Source of the DNA: Prasinococcaceae sp. CCMP 1430 | Lineage: Eukaryota; Plantae; Prasinodermophyta | Direction of reading: 5' to 3' | Length of the DNA: 64,000 bases | NCBI GenBank assembly: GCA_013416795.1 | Contig: RQSC01001202.1 | Span: forward strand, 62,001 to 126,000 | Translations under genes and position numbers: made by a program | The notes under the pieces: generated by a model | Database searches by the model: none | The model's input: the letters and a program-made list of their open reading frames with translations, nothing else | What the model was told of the DNA's origin: nothing | Shown: piece by piece, positions 1 to 10,176 of the stretch | How the letters are laid out: each line of letters opens with the position of its first letter | How positions within the stretch are numbered: position 1 is the stretch's first letter

Positions 1-1989
1 CCGGCGCGCGCGCCGGGCGCGCAACCCGGCGCCGCAGCGGGTGTCGCCAGCGACCGCCCCGTGGCGCTGCACATCGTGGGTGACGACCGATGGGCGGACA
101 TCGTCGACGGGTTGAGGGACGCCCAGTCTCTGACCGACGCCGTCGACGCGCGCGTGGTCGGCTTCGTGGACGACCTGGACGCCTTCCTCTCGACGATGGA
201 CATCGCCATGCTGCCCGTCGTGGTCGGCGGCACGGGCATCAGCTCGAAGATCTTCAAGTGCATCGAGGCGCGCGGCGGCGCGGCCGCGGCCGAGGAGCTG
301 GTCGCCGACGCGCGCGCGGCCGGGGTGCAGCTGAACGCCATCACGTACACGGCGGCGGCGAACGCGCTGGCGGCGGAGCGCGCGTCGCCCGCCGCGCTGT
401 GGGAGGCCATGGTTTTGGAGGCGAGTTCGGGGGGGCTGGAGGTCGACGGGTACGCGCTGGTGGCGTTCGCCGCCGCGAGCCTCAAGGCGCGCGAGTACGA
501 CTTTTTGGTTTCGCTCCACGACGGCGAGCTCATCGTCTCAAAAAGCGGCGGGTCACCCGCGCCTTTTCTCCTGCCCGACGCGCCCGCGTCGCTGTACGCC
601 GCGCACCCGGAGCTGGGGACCATGGTGGTGCAGGCGCTCGGCCGGCGAAAGAGGGGCGCCGACGCTTTGAAGGCCTTCGAGGCGACCAGCGCGAAGGACG
701 CGCAGGCGTTCGCGACGCTCATCACCGCGCTGGGGCGCTCGGGCATGGCCGCGGAGGCGCTCGCGCAGCTCGACCGCATGCGCGCCGCCGGCGTGAGGGC
801 GCGCGGTCCGCTGGCGTACAACGCCGCCATGGACGCGTGCGCGCGCCTCGCCGAGTCGTCGCCGAGCGCCCACGTGCGCGAGGACGCCCTGGGGCTCCTG
901 GAGCGCGCGGCCACCATGATGGAGGAGGACGACACGCGCCCCGACGCCATCACGTACAACACGGCCATGCGCGCGTGCGTGGCCGCCGGCGCCGCCGCGC
1001 GCGTCTTCCCGCTGCTCGACCGCATGTACGACGCGCGCGTGCGTCGCGACATCACCACCTACCTGCAGGTGCTGGCGGCGTGCCGCGCCGAGCGCCAGAT
1101 CGACTACGCCATCCGGCTGGTGGCCGGCATGGAGGCCGACGGCGTGAAGCCCACCCACTGGGTGTACGACCTGCTCATGCGCGTGTGCTACCCCGAGAGG
1201 GCCGACGCGGTGTGCGACGCCTACGAGCGGATGCGCGAGGGGCGGCTGCTGGAGGAGCGCTTCAGGGTTTTGGACGGCGAGAGGACGCCGTTTGGGATGC
1301 CGACGGCGACGCTCGCCGTTCTGGCGTATGGGGATAGAAGCGACTGGAGGGGGGTGCTGCGGGTGATGCGCGACGTGCGCTCCTTCGGCCACGCGCCGGA
1401 CGAGTACCTGTGCAACGCCGCCGTTTTGAGCTTTGGGAAGTGCAAGCAGGTGGACCTCGCGCTCAATACGCTGCACGCCATGCGGGGCGCCAATTATCTG
1501 GGCGGCGTTGGGGGCGGCGGGGGCGGCTTTGGCGGGGATGGCAGCAGCAGCGGGGACACGGCATTTGGGGCGCGTGTCGTCCCCCCCGAGGGCAGCTGCG
1601 CGCCCGGCGGGCGCGCGGGCGTGGGCGCGGGCGGCGTGCACGCCTTCGCGCGCGTGCCGCCCTCCATGCGCGGCCAGCCGCCCGCGCGCGCGCCGGCGGC
1701 GACGGTGGTGTCGTACACGGCGGCCATCGCGTCGTGCGCCAAGAACGGCCGCATGGCGGACGCGCTGGCGCTGCTGGAGGCCATGGAGCGCGAGGGCGTG
1801 GAGCCCAACGCCAAGACGTACTCGACGCTCGTCCAGCAGGCCGCCGAGGAGGGCGACGTGGAGGCCGCGCTGGGCGCGCTGGTGCGCATGCGGCGCGCGG
1901 GCGTCGAGGTGGACGAGGTCGCGCGCGGAATGCTGCTCGACGCCTTCAACGGACCCGGGGATATGGCTAGGATGCTGCAGGCGCTCTAA
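1..1989 (+). CDS. Pentatricopeptide repeat (PPR) protein; the frame is open at the left edge and begins with a GT4-like glycosyltransferase fragment
   Basis: Repeated PPR motifs (PDAITYNTAMRAC, RDITTYLQVLAAC, PDEYLCNAAVLSFGK, TVVSYTAAIASCAKNG, PNAKTYSTLV). Stop at 1987-1989, TGTAA at 2061-2065. Confidence 0.88.
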   Translation, partial: PARAPGAQPGAAAGVASDRPVALHIVGDDRWADIVDGLRDAQSLTDAVDARVVGFVDDLDAFLSTMDIAMLPVVVGGTGISSKIFKCIEARGGAAAAEELVADARAAGVQLNAITYTAAANALAAERASPAALWEAMVLEASSGGLEVDGYALVAFAAASLKAREYDFLVSLHDGELIVSKSGGSPAPFLLPDAPASLYAAHPELGTMVVQALGRRKRGADALKAFEATSAKDAQAFATLITALGRSGMAAEALAQLDRMRAAGVRARGPLAYNAAMDACARLAESSPSAHVREDALGLLERAATMMEEDDTRPDAITYNTAMRACVAAGAAARVFPLLDRMYDARVRRDITTYLQVLAACRAERQIDYAIRLVAGMEADGVKPTHWVYDLLMRVCYPERADAVCDAYERMREGRLLEERFRVLDGERTPFGMPTATLAVLAYGDRSDWRGVLRVMRDVRSFGHAPDEYLCNAAVLSFGKCKQVDLALNTLHAMRGANYLGGVGGGGGGFGGDGSSSGDTAFGARVVPPEGSCAPGGRAGVGAGGVHAFARVPPSMRGQPPARAPAATVVSYTAAIASCAKNGRMADALALLEAMEREGVEPNAKTYSTLVQQAAEEGDVEAALGALVRMRRAGVEVDEVARGMLLDAFNGPGDMARMLQAL

Positions 1990-2060
1990 TGACCGGTGTG
2001 TTTGGGAGGGAGGAAGCTTTCTGCGTTGTTGTTGGGGAGGTGGGAGCTTGTTGTTGGCGG

Positions 2061-2065
2061 TGTAA
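2061..2065 (+). terminator. TGTAA chlorophyte-type polyadenylation signal (also at 5777-, 9618+, 12366-, 23287+ and 32717-)
   Basis: TGTAA lies 4-72 nt downstream of the stop codon, on the sense strand, for six genes. Confidence 0.7.
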
Positions 2066-2505
2066 TACTGATTGTTGGCGCGCGTCGAGATGCGCGCGTC
2101 GCAGAGCTGTCCGGAGGCGGAGCACGTTGTGCCGTTTGATGGGTTGTGTGTGGTGTGTGGTGTGTGGTGGGTGCTCGTGCCGTTGCGGTGAGTGCAATGC
2201 AACGCACAAGCGTGTGGTGGCGACCGGCAAGCCGGACATGTGCCACGCACCCCGTCCAAAAATGGTTTGATAAGTTAGGGACCCATTAGGGCCCCGAATC
2301 ACTATCAAATGATTCAGAACAGATACTGTCACGGCCAGGCAGCGGAGAGTCGTGTCAGTCGGTGCTGACTCAGACCTCTACCATGCCGGCAGCGCGATCC
2401 GGAGGCGCGCAGCGATCTCACGCCACGCACCTACACAAGATCATAGCGATTAAGCCGATCGAGTTGGCATGATTGGCGCCGCTAATGACGGATCCAGACC
2501 GGTGA

Positions 2506-2640
2506 GATCGCCTCGACGTTGTCTGGGACGATCCCTACAAGGTCCTGGCAGCGGGGGAATCGGGCAACCACGTCACCCTGCAAGGGCCCGGTGGTCGCAG
2601 GCGCAAGCTCAATGTGGACCAGCTTCGCAAGCATCGGGGG
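2506..2640 (+). mobile_element. Possible degenerate Ty3/gypsy integrase C-terminal fragment
   Basis: Translates as DRLDVVWDDPYKVLAAGESGNHVTLQGPGGRRRKLNVDQLRKH, resembling the post-integrase motif KLxPxWxGPYxV...YxL...HVxxLK. A stop lies immediately upstream; TGTCACG (LTR-like start) at 2327. Confidence 0.35.
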
Positions 2641-3587
2641 CACGCGGGCTCAGGGCGGGCAGCGATGAGGAGTGAGCGACGGCGGCGGGTGGCGGCGCGC
2701 GGCCGGGCGGCGCAGTATACAGCTCCGCCTGCAATGTGCCAGCAGCGCATTTTTTTGCGCGCGTGCGTGGACAGGCGGGCGGCAGACAACGGAGGCGCCA
2801 CACAGCGCGCGCGAGGCGGCCGGCGGTGTCCACGAGGCCCACGTCCGTCCCGAGGTGGCCGCGTCTCTGAACGAGCCCGCGCGCGTACGCCGTATGGACA
2901 CCGTTGCATATCGCGGCTTTTCGCGGGTGCGCGCGTTGCGCGCGCGCGCCGAAGGGGAACTTTTAGATCAAAATCTTTATTTTGCATTTTACGCACGCAT
3001 TTTTGAATTTTGGCCCCCCCCCACCGACGGCGCCTCGCTGCAGCGGCGGGGGTGCGGAAAGTCTCTATGAGTAGCGCGGGTAAAACTGGGCGCCCTGGCG
3101 AAGCGGCGCGCGCTGGAACGATTTTTAGGCGGGCGTAAATCCGCCTGGCGATGCAGACGATTTTAAAGCTCACCTCTGTACTACTGTACTCGCTCTTCAA
3201 TGGTTGCCCAAACCCCAACCCCCCAAAACCCATATCGAGCACCACGCGATGAGCTTTGAACTCCGAACGAAGCAGCCGCGCTGCCACGCGTCACGAGACG
3301 ACGTGGGAAACGAAAAAGAAAAACAAAAAAATGATGCATGCGCCACCTCAAAAATCCGTGGATACGCGATGCGAGCTGACGTGCGTGCACGCGTACCAGC
3401 GAGCGAATTACAGCATCTCCGCGTTTTTTTTTTCAAACACGCCCATCCACGCGCAAGAGGTGCGCTACGGGGCGGCGGCGGCGGCGCGAGGGGTGGCGGC
3501 CCCGCCGCGGCGGGGCGAGCGGCGGGGGCACACACAGCGCCCCACCCTCCCGTCCCGCGGGGGGGAAGGAAGGAAAAACCCGGGGGG

Positions 3588-5696
3588 ATGGCCGGCCCCG
3601 CATTCAACGGCCGGTCGCCAGGGGCGACCTCCCCCCGAGCAGCGCCCCCCCGCGCGCTCGCGCTCGCGCTCGCGCTCTCCCTCCTCGCTCTCTCCCGCTC
3701 TTCACCCGCGTCGGCGTACCCGTCGTGGGCGGGGTGCAAGCAGCCGACGGGGCCGTCCGGCGCGCACAACGGGCTGGTGCAGGACGACGGGATCGTCATC
3801 GAGCTGCTGGATCCCGACACCTCCATCGCCGCAACCGACTACGCGCCTGGCGCGCCGTACACCGTGCGCGTGACCTCCTCCGATGGCGAGGACTACGCCA
3901 TGCTGCTCACCGGTCCCGACGACGTCTGCGAGACGGAGAGACGACGCAAGGTGTCCCACTCCACGGCGGTCACCATGCCCGTGGCGGGCAGCAGCGCCAC
4001 GTTCGTCGTGACGCTCAGCCACAGCGAGACCGCGTTCAGGCAGCACAGCGCCGTGTTCGAGGCAGCGTCTGCGGGCGCCGCGCCGCCTCCGCCGGCGCCT
4101 CCGCCCGTCGGCGGTGGCGGCGGCGATGTGGCCAGCCCGCCGCCGCCTAGCCCGCCGCCTCGTAGCCCGCCGCCGCCCAGTCCACCGCCGCCCAGCCCGC
4201 CGCCCGAGGCAAGCGAGTGCGCGCCCGCCTCCGCCAGCGGCTTCGACTGCGTCGCGGAGATCATCCCAGGCAAGCTGGCCATAAGCTGGGCGACCCCGAC
4301 GACGCCCGCGGTCGGCCGCAAGCTCGCCGCGGGCGAGGCGTCCGTGCGCGTGCGCATCGATGCGCACGCCTCGCTCAACGCCGAGTACGTCGCCGTGGGC
4401 CTCGGCGCGGGCGCGAAGATGATTGGCGCCGACGCGGCCGTCGCGTGGTCGGAGGACGACGTGGCGCGAGCTGCGGCCTACCGCCTGGACTCATACAGCA
4501 ACCCCGAGGACGGCAGCTGCGGGGACGGCGGGCCGTGCCCGTTCTCCGACCTGGAGGGAGCCTCGGGCGCGGACGGCAGCGTCGCTCTTGAGGCGACCAT
4601 CGCCATGGCTGATGCCAGCAACGTCGTCCTCATCTGGGCGTACGGGCCCCGCTGGAAGGGATTTCACACCGCCAGGGTGCGGAGCGCCCTTTATTTCCCG
4701 AGAGAGACGCTTGCGCACACAGACGCGCTCCGGTCGCGCCCTGCATTATTTCCCTCGCGCCCGACGCAAACTGACCCCTGCAAAACCGCCCCCCCCCCCC
4801 CACACACACACACACACCAAACAAAAAGGGCAAGGTCGTCTTCGACGCGGTGGGCGGCGGCTCGTCTGCCAAGGTGGGCGCCTCCAAGAAAGACGTGCAC
4901 TTCACGCACGGCGTGCTCATGCTGGTGACGTGGGCGGTGCTCATCCCGCTGGCGGCGCTCGTCGCGCGCGCGATGCGATGGGGCGCGCTGAAGGCGCCGA
5001 GGTGGTTCAAGGTGCACATGGGCACCAACGCGGTGGCCGCCGCGCTCTTCGTGTGGGGCATTGCGCTCGCGCTTGCCAGATTCGACTCGAAGGCCATTCC
5101 CAAGGCCCACAAGGAGGTGGGCCTCGTCATGCTGCTCCTATGGGCCTTGCAGGTGCTGATGGGCATCTTCCGCCCCAACGCGAGCGCGACCGCCAGCAAG
5201 CGCCTCGGGTTCATCCCCAGCAGCCTCCGACCGCAGTACAACATCGCGCACCGCGGGCTGGGCGCCCTCACGCTCGTCGTGGGCGCAGCCAATTGTCTCA
5301 CCGGCGCGATGCGGTACGACTTCCTCTACGACGACTCCTCGGTGCGTGCGTGCTGGGGGCGAGGCATCTCGCCGCCCTTTCCCCCCTTCCCCCCTTCCCC
5401 CTCCCCCCAGACTGGGTTTCGCACGCGCGTCTGTGCGTGCGTCGCGCTGACGGCGGCGCATGTGCGCGCGCACCCATCCTCGCGGCGCGCAGCTGCTGCT
5501 GGTGACTTGGGCCTGCATCGCGCTGTGCGCGGTCGCCTGGATCGGCACAGAACTGGCCGGCTGGCCCGCGCGAGGGCGCGCGTCGGCGGGCTCTTCCGAC
5601 AGCGCCGACGTTGGGCTCACCCTGGGGACGCTGGGGTCGTCGAATGGGTCGTCGTCATTGGCGGGGTGGTCGCGCTCGGGCGCCCTCTTCAAGTAA
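3588..5696 (+). CDS. Reeler-DOMON-cytochrome b561 ferric-chelate reductase-like protein (FRRS1/SDR2-type architecture); exons 3588-4676, 4829-5341, 5493-5696
   Basis: Signal peptide, then AYPSWAGCKQP...HNG Reeler-like domain, SPPPP linker, DOMON (EYVAVGL, MIGADAAV, LIWAYG) and b561 histidines (HFTHG, WFKVHM, AHKEVG, IAHRGLG). Both GT-AG introns join in phase 0. Confidence 0.82.
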
Positions 5697-5784
5697 TAAT
5701 ACCACCACCAAATGTCACCCCGCGCCGGAGGGGCGCGCGCGCGCGCCAGGCGCGGCCCTCGGACAACGAACTTTTGTTACATGC

Positions 5785-5908
5785 CTAGATCTCGAAGCCG
5801 AGACCGTGGCCGATGCTGATGCCGATGAGCTCCAGGAAGGGCCTGCCGAAGAGCCCCTCGAGGACGAACAGCGACACCAGGCCCACGATGCACGCGCGCG
5901 TGTTGATC
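5785..5908 (-). CDS. OHP1: One-helix protein 1 (LHC-like), last exon; upstream exon(s) probably in the gap at 6060-6474
   Basis: The exon after a CAG acceptor reads (E)INTRACIVGLVSLFVLEGLFGRPFLELIGISIGHGLGFEI*, matching the OHP1 C-terminus (NSRACMIGL...ILELIGVEIGKGL). Reverse TGTAA at 5777-5781. Missed by the ORF track in this frame. Confidence 0.8.
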
Positions 5909-6059
5909 CTGTGGGAGCGGGGCCGCGGGTGTGTGCGGGGGGGAAAGGCGGGCGTCGACGGTCAACGCGTGCGCGTCAGCGTCCGCGCGCGCGCCAGCGA
6001 GCGGCGGTGGCGGCGGTGGCCGCGCGGGGGACGCCGCGTCACACGGGGCGGGGCGCTGC

Positions 6060-6474
6060 NNNNNNNNNNNNNNNNNNNNNNNNNNNNNNNNNNNNNNNNN
6101 NNNNNNNNNNNNNNNNNNNNNNNNNNNNNNNNNNNNNNNNNNNNNNNNNNNNNNNNNNNNNNNNNNNNNNNNNNNNNNNNNNNNNNNNNNNNNNNNNNNN
6201 NNNNNNNNNNNNNNNNNNNNNNNNNNNNNNNNNNNNNNNNNNNNNNNNNNNNNNNNNNNNNNNNNNNNNNNNNNNNNNNNNNNNNNNNNNNNNNNNNNNN
6301 NNNNNNNNNNNNNNNNNNNNNNNNNNNNNNNNNNNNNNNNNNNNNNNNNNNNNNNNNNNNNNNNNNNNNNNNNNNNNNNNNNNNNNNNNNNNNNNNNNNN
6401 NNNNNNNNNNNNNNNNNNNNNNNNNNNNNNNNNNNNNNNNNNNNNNNNNNNNNNNNNNNNNNNNNNNNNNNNNN
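6060..6474. other. Assembly gap (N run)
   Basis: Run of Ns. Other gaps are at 15463-15500, 45388-45663 and 61032-61322, with single Ns at 16741 and 39339. Confidence 1.
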
Positions 6475-7676
6475 TGGCGCGCCGCCGGCGCTCCGTTCTC
6501 GCGGCGCGCGCGCGCGCGCGCGCGCGCGCCGCGGGTTCGCGCTGCGAATGCAATAGAACGTGCTCATATTTGTACATCACAATGCATCGCGAGTCCCGAA
6601 GTTGGTGCGCGCTGACCACGCGATCCGCCTCAGGGGCAAACACGCGCCAGAGAGATTCTGAATGGGATGACACCACCTTTGGACGAGCGAGCATTTCGTG
6701 TGCTCGGACCGCGATTTCCGCCGCGCGGTGCGGGAAACGGCGGGGCGGATCGGAGGCCGGGGCGGCGGCGCTGCCGCGGCCGCAATTTCAAAAAAAAAAA
6801 AAAGTGAAGTCCGGCTGGCCTGTCTGGGTTCGGCGAAGGCCAAGGAGCGCGCTCGATGGATCGATCGGCGGATCGCCCGCGAGCCTCCCGCGGATCCGTT
6901 TCCTGGTGCGAGGGCGCCGGGATGCGAGGGGCGGCGCCCGCCCGTCCGGAGCGTCGCGCGCGCGTCGAAGCACCGCACGCTCCATCGAATAAAATGGCTC
7001 TGCTATACCCACGGGAGACTCCTATTTTGTTTAAAAAACGCGTCCGTTTTTTTTTTTGCAGGCGCGTGTTGATTGATTGATCATCACACGGTTCGTTGCA
7101 TTCATTATTATTTATTTACTGTGTGGTGGCCAGCCTGCAGCAGGCGGGGCCGGACCGACCGACCGACCGACCGAACCGACGCCCGAACCCGACAAACACC
7201 CACCCGCCAAAAAAAAATCGAAATAAAAATCAACGAGACGCCCGCGATTCGATGGAGATTTTTGTGGTCGCAGGCGCTGCGCCCCGCCACCGCCCCGTCG
7301 GCCCTCCCCGCCACGCCGCCACCCCGTCGGCCCAGCCGCGAACGAAATTCGCCCCGGCGCTTTGACGCCGAGGCCGGAGAGCACGCGTGCGCGCGTCAAA
7401 CGACGGAAGGCGCGCGTGTGGGGCGCGCTCTTCCGCTGCTTTCGAGCGCGCGGCGCGCGCGCGCGCGCGCGCGCGCCACACCGCGCGCACCTCTCTGCCC
7501 CACACCCACACCCACACCCACACACCCACACACACACACCCACACACGCTCCGCCGTGCTCGTCGTCGGACAAGAAGGGTTTTCCCGGCGGTGGCGGCGC
7601 GCGCGCGCGTGCCGGGTGCGCGCGCGCACTGCGCTCGCTCGCTCGCTCGCGCCCCGGCTGTCGCGGCGCGCTCGCG

Positions 7677-9580
7677 ATGGCGGCGGCGGCGGTCGCCCCC
7701 CGGCGGCACCGACACCAGCACCACCAGCGGAACCGACACCATCACCACCAGCGGCACCGACACCAGCACCACCGCCATCGCCGCCAACACCCTCCGCGCG
7801 CCGCAGCAACACCCAACAAGGACAGTATGGGCAAGGACGGCGACGGCGTGCTGGGGTGCTACGCGTACGGCAACGGCGACGACATCGGCCTGCGCGCGGC
7901 CATCGTCGACCCGGCGACGGGCGAGTTCCTGCGCGCGGGCGCGTCGTCGCCGCTCGAAAGCACCGAGCCCGAGGACATCGCCAGGGCGGTCAAGAAGATC
8001 GCCGACACCTTCGAGTGGAACGGCCTGATAGGCCTCGGCCTGCCCGGCGTCGTCACCCGCGAGGACGTCAAGGCGGACGACTCGTCCCCGCGGCTCGGGC
8101 GGCTCGCGCTCGAGGAGCAGCTCCACGCGCTGACGGGCCGCGACATCATGGTGATGACGGGCGCCGAGGCCAACGGGTACGCCGACGTGGCCTTCGGCGC
8201 TGTTTCGAACGACACGCCGGAGCTCGTGCTCGTCGTCACGCTCGGCCGCGGCATCGGCGCGGCGCTCTTCGAGCACGGCATGCTCGTGCGCAACCTCTAC
8301 AAGCACCACATCACACGCGAGTGGCAGGACGAGCGCTGGAGCTCGGCCGCGCTGCCCGACGCCGACACGCCCGAGGGCGACGCCGCGTGGGGGGCCTACG
8401 GCGAGCGCGTGGACGCCTTCGTCGCCGAGCTGGCGGCCTTCATGAAACCCGACGCCATCGTCATCAGCGGGTCGGCGGCGGCGTCGTTCGACAAGTGGAA
8501 GTCGGGGCTCACCACGAGCGTGCCCGTCGCCGCGAGCGAGATGGGCATCGTCGCGGGCGTCAAGGGCTCCGCGTACGGCGCCAACATGCAGCGCACCACC
8601 TTGCAGGAGCTCGTGGAGCTCCGCGCGGCCCTGGGCAGGCGCGTCACCGAGGAGACCAGCGGTGGCCGGGACTTCGACGAGGTGCTGCACGAGATGTTCG
8701 ACGAGGTGAGCAAAGCTGAGCGCGGAGGGGCGCCAGCGCGCGCGCCAGCGCGCGCGCCGCGCGCCGGTGCGCGCCGCCGGTCACCACGTCGAAGGGGCGC
8801 GCGTGGGGTCGCCGCGCCGCGAACAGTCCGCTGACTCGCTCATGCCGCATCACCCGCACCACCCGCATACAAACATCATCCGCACCATCACCGCATCACC
8901 CCATCATCAATCACCACACACACACAACCTCTCAAAAAAAAAAAAAAAAGATCGACGCGGACGGGAACGGCTACCTCGACGTCGCCGAGATCCAGGCGGC
9001 GGCCTCGCGCGTCGGCATCAAGCTGACCGAGACCGAAGCGGAGGCGCTCGTCCTCGAGCTGGACACAGACACGCTGCACCGCGTGGGAATCTCGTACGAG
9101 GAGTTCGTCGAGTGGTACCGCACCACCAAACTGTACGAGGCGGGCGAGGTGCAGCAGCTCATGTCCGCCGACGACTTCGAGTCGGCCCTGGCGCAGGAGA
9201 TGCAGAGCGGCAGGCTCGTGTGCCTGGAGGTCGGCTTCACGTTCTGCCGGCCGTGCAAGGCGTTCAAGCCGAAGTACGAGCGCATCGCCAAGACGATGGC
9301 CAACACGCGCATGCTCTTCGTCAACGGGAACGAGAACTCCTCCACCGTCGAGCTGTGCCGCGACACGCTCAAGGTGCGCTCCAGCCCCTCGTTCTTCTTC
9401 TTCCGGGACGGCAAGGAGGTGCACAGGCACACGGGCGCCAACGAGGAGCGCCTGAAGGACTTCTTGGACGCGTTCGAGGCCGACCCCACGCTCGTAGATC
9501 CCCCGCCGGAGGAGGAGGGGGAGGAGGCCGAGAGGACGGCGGAGGCAGGGGCAGAGCGGGCGGCGGAGGCGAAGTCCTAA
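7677..9580 (+). CDS. ROK/polyphosphate-glucokinase-like domain + EF-hand pair + thioredoxin (CRPC) fusion; intron 8706-8950; 5' structure uncertain
   Basis: PPGK-like segments (AAIVDPATGEFL, FEWNGLIGLGLPGVV, LVVTLGRGIGAALF, PDAIVISG). GAG|GTGAGC donor and AAAG| acceptor in phase 0, then IDADGNGYLDVAEI (EF-hand) and FTFCRPCK (thioredoxin). TGTAA at 9618. Confidence 0.8.
7705..7776 (+). repeat. 24-bp tandem repeat, three copies
   Basis: ggcaccgacaccagcaccaccagc units start at 7705, 7729 and 7753. They read GTDTSTTS in one frame and His-rich in the PPGK frame. Confidence 0.85.
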
Positions 9581-10176
9581 GGCCGTGTGCTGTCCGTGCT
9601 GCGAGGTTGGACGCTCTTGTAACGTGACCCACCCCCCATTTTTTTTTTGATGCGCGGAGCGACGCAGCGCGCAGCAGCGCGCGCGGATGACGTTATTGTC
9701 GCTCGCTCGCTCGTTCGAGGCGCGCGCGCCGCGCGGCCCGCACATCAAAACGCACGCGGATGCGACGAGGGGAGCGCCACGCCGCGAATCAGGATCGTTG
9801 CCCCAGTCAGCGGACCGGTGCGACCCGCGGGGTGCGTCGCGACGAGGGCGCGAGGAGGGGGGGAACGGATCCGGGGCGGGCAGGAGGCGCCCGACTCGAA
9901 CGCCGGATCCGGAGTGCAGCTGTACAGTATCACCATCAGATTCCGTGATAGCAGCGCACAGGGTGCAACCTGAACGAACAAAAATAATATTTGAGGTTTT
10001 TAGAAAAGGTTTTATTCACAATGTACCGTCCCTACGGTGACGCGTCCACACCGACACGCAGTGGCGATGGACAATGGTGGTGGCGGCGAAGCGGCGATCC
10101 CCAAACCCGACCGCGCCCCCGCTCCTTCCCCCCCCCATCCCCCCCCTTCCCCGCCCTGGCTGCGACGGCGGGGGCA

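Noticed and set aside
6550-6700. Possible snRNA or snoRNA in the less GC-rich stretch after the gap
   Set aside because: No match to the U1-U6 sequences I recall and no clear paired C/D or H/ACA boxes.
7700-7820. His-rich metal-binding N-terminus on the PPGK fusion
   Set aside because: The same DNA reads as GTDTSTTS repeats in another frame and resembles the CA-rich intron ends seen elsewhere, so the His-rich reading is unsupported without cDNA.
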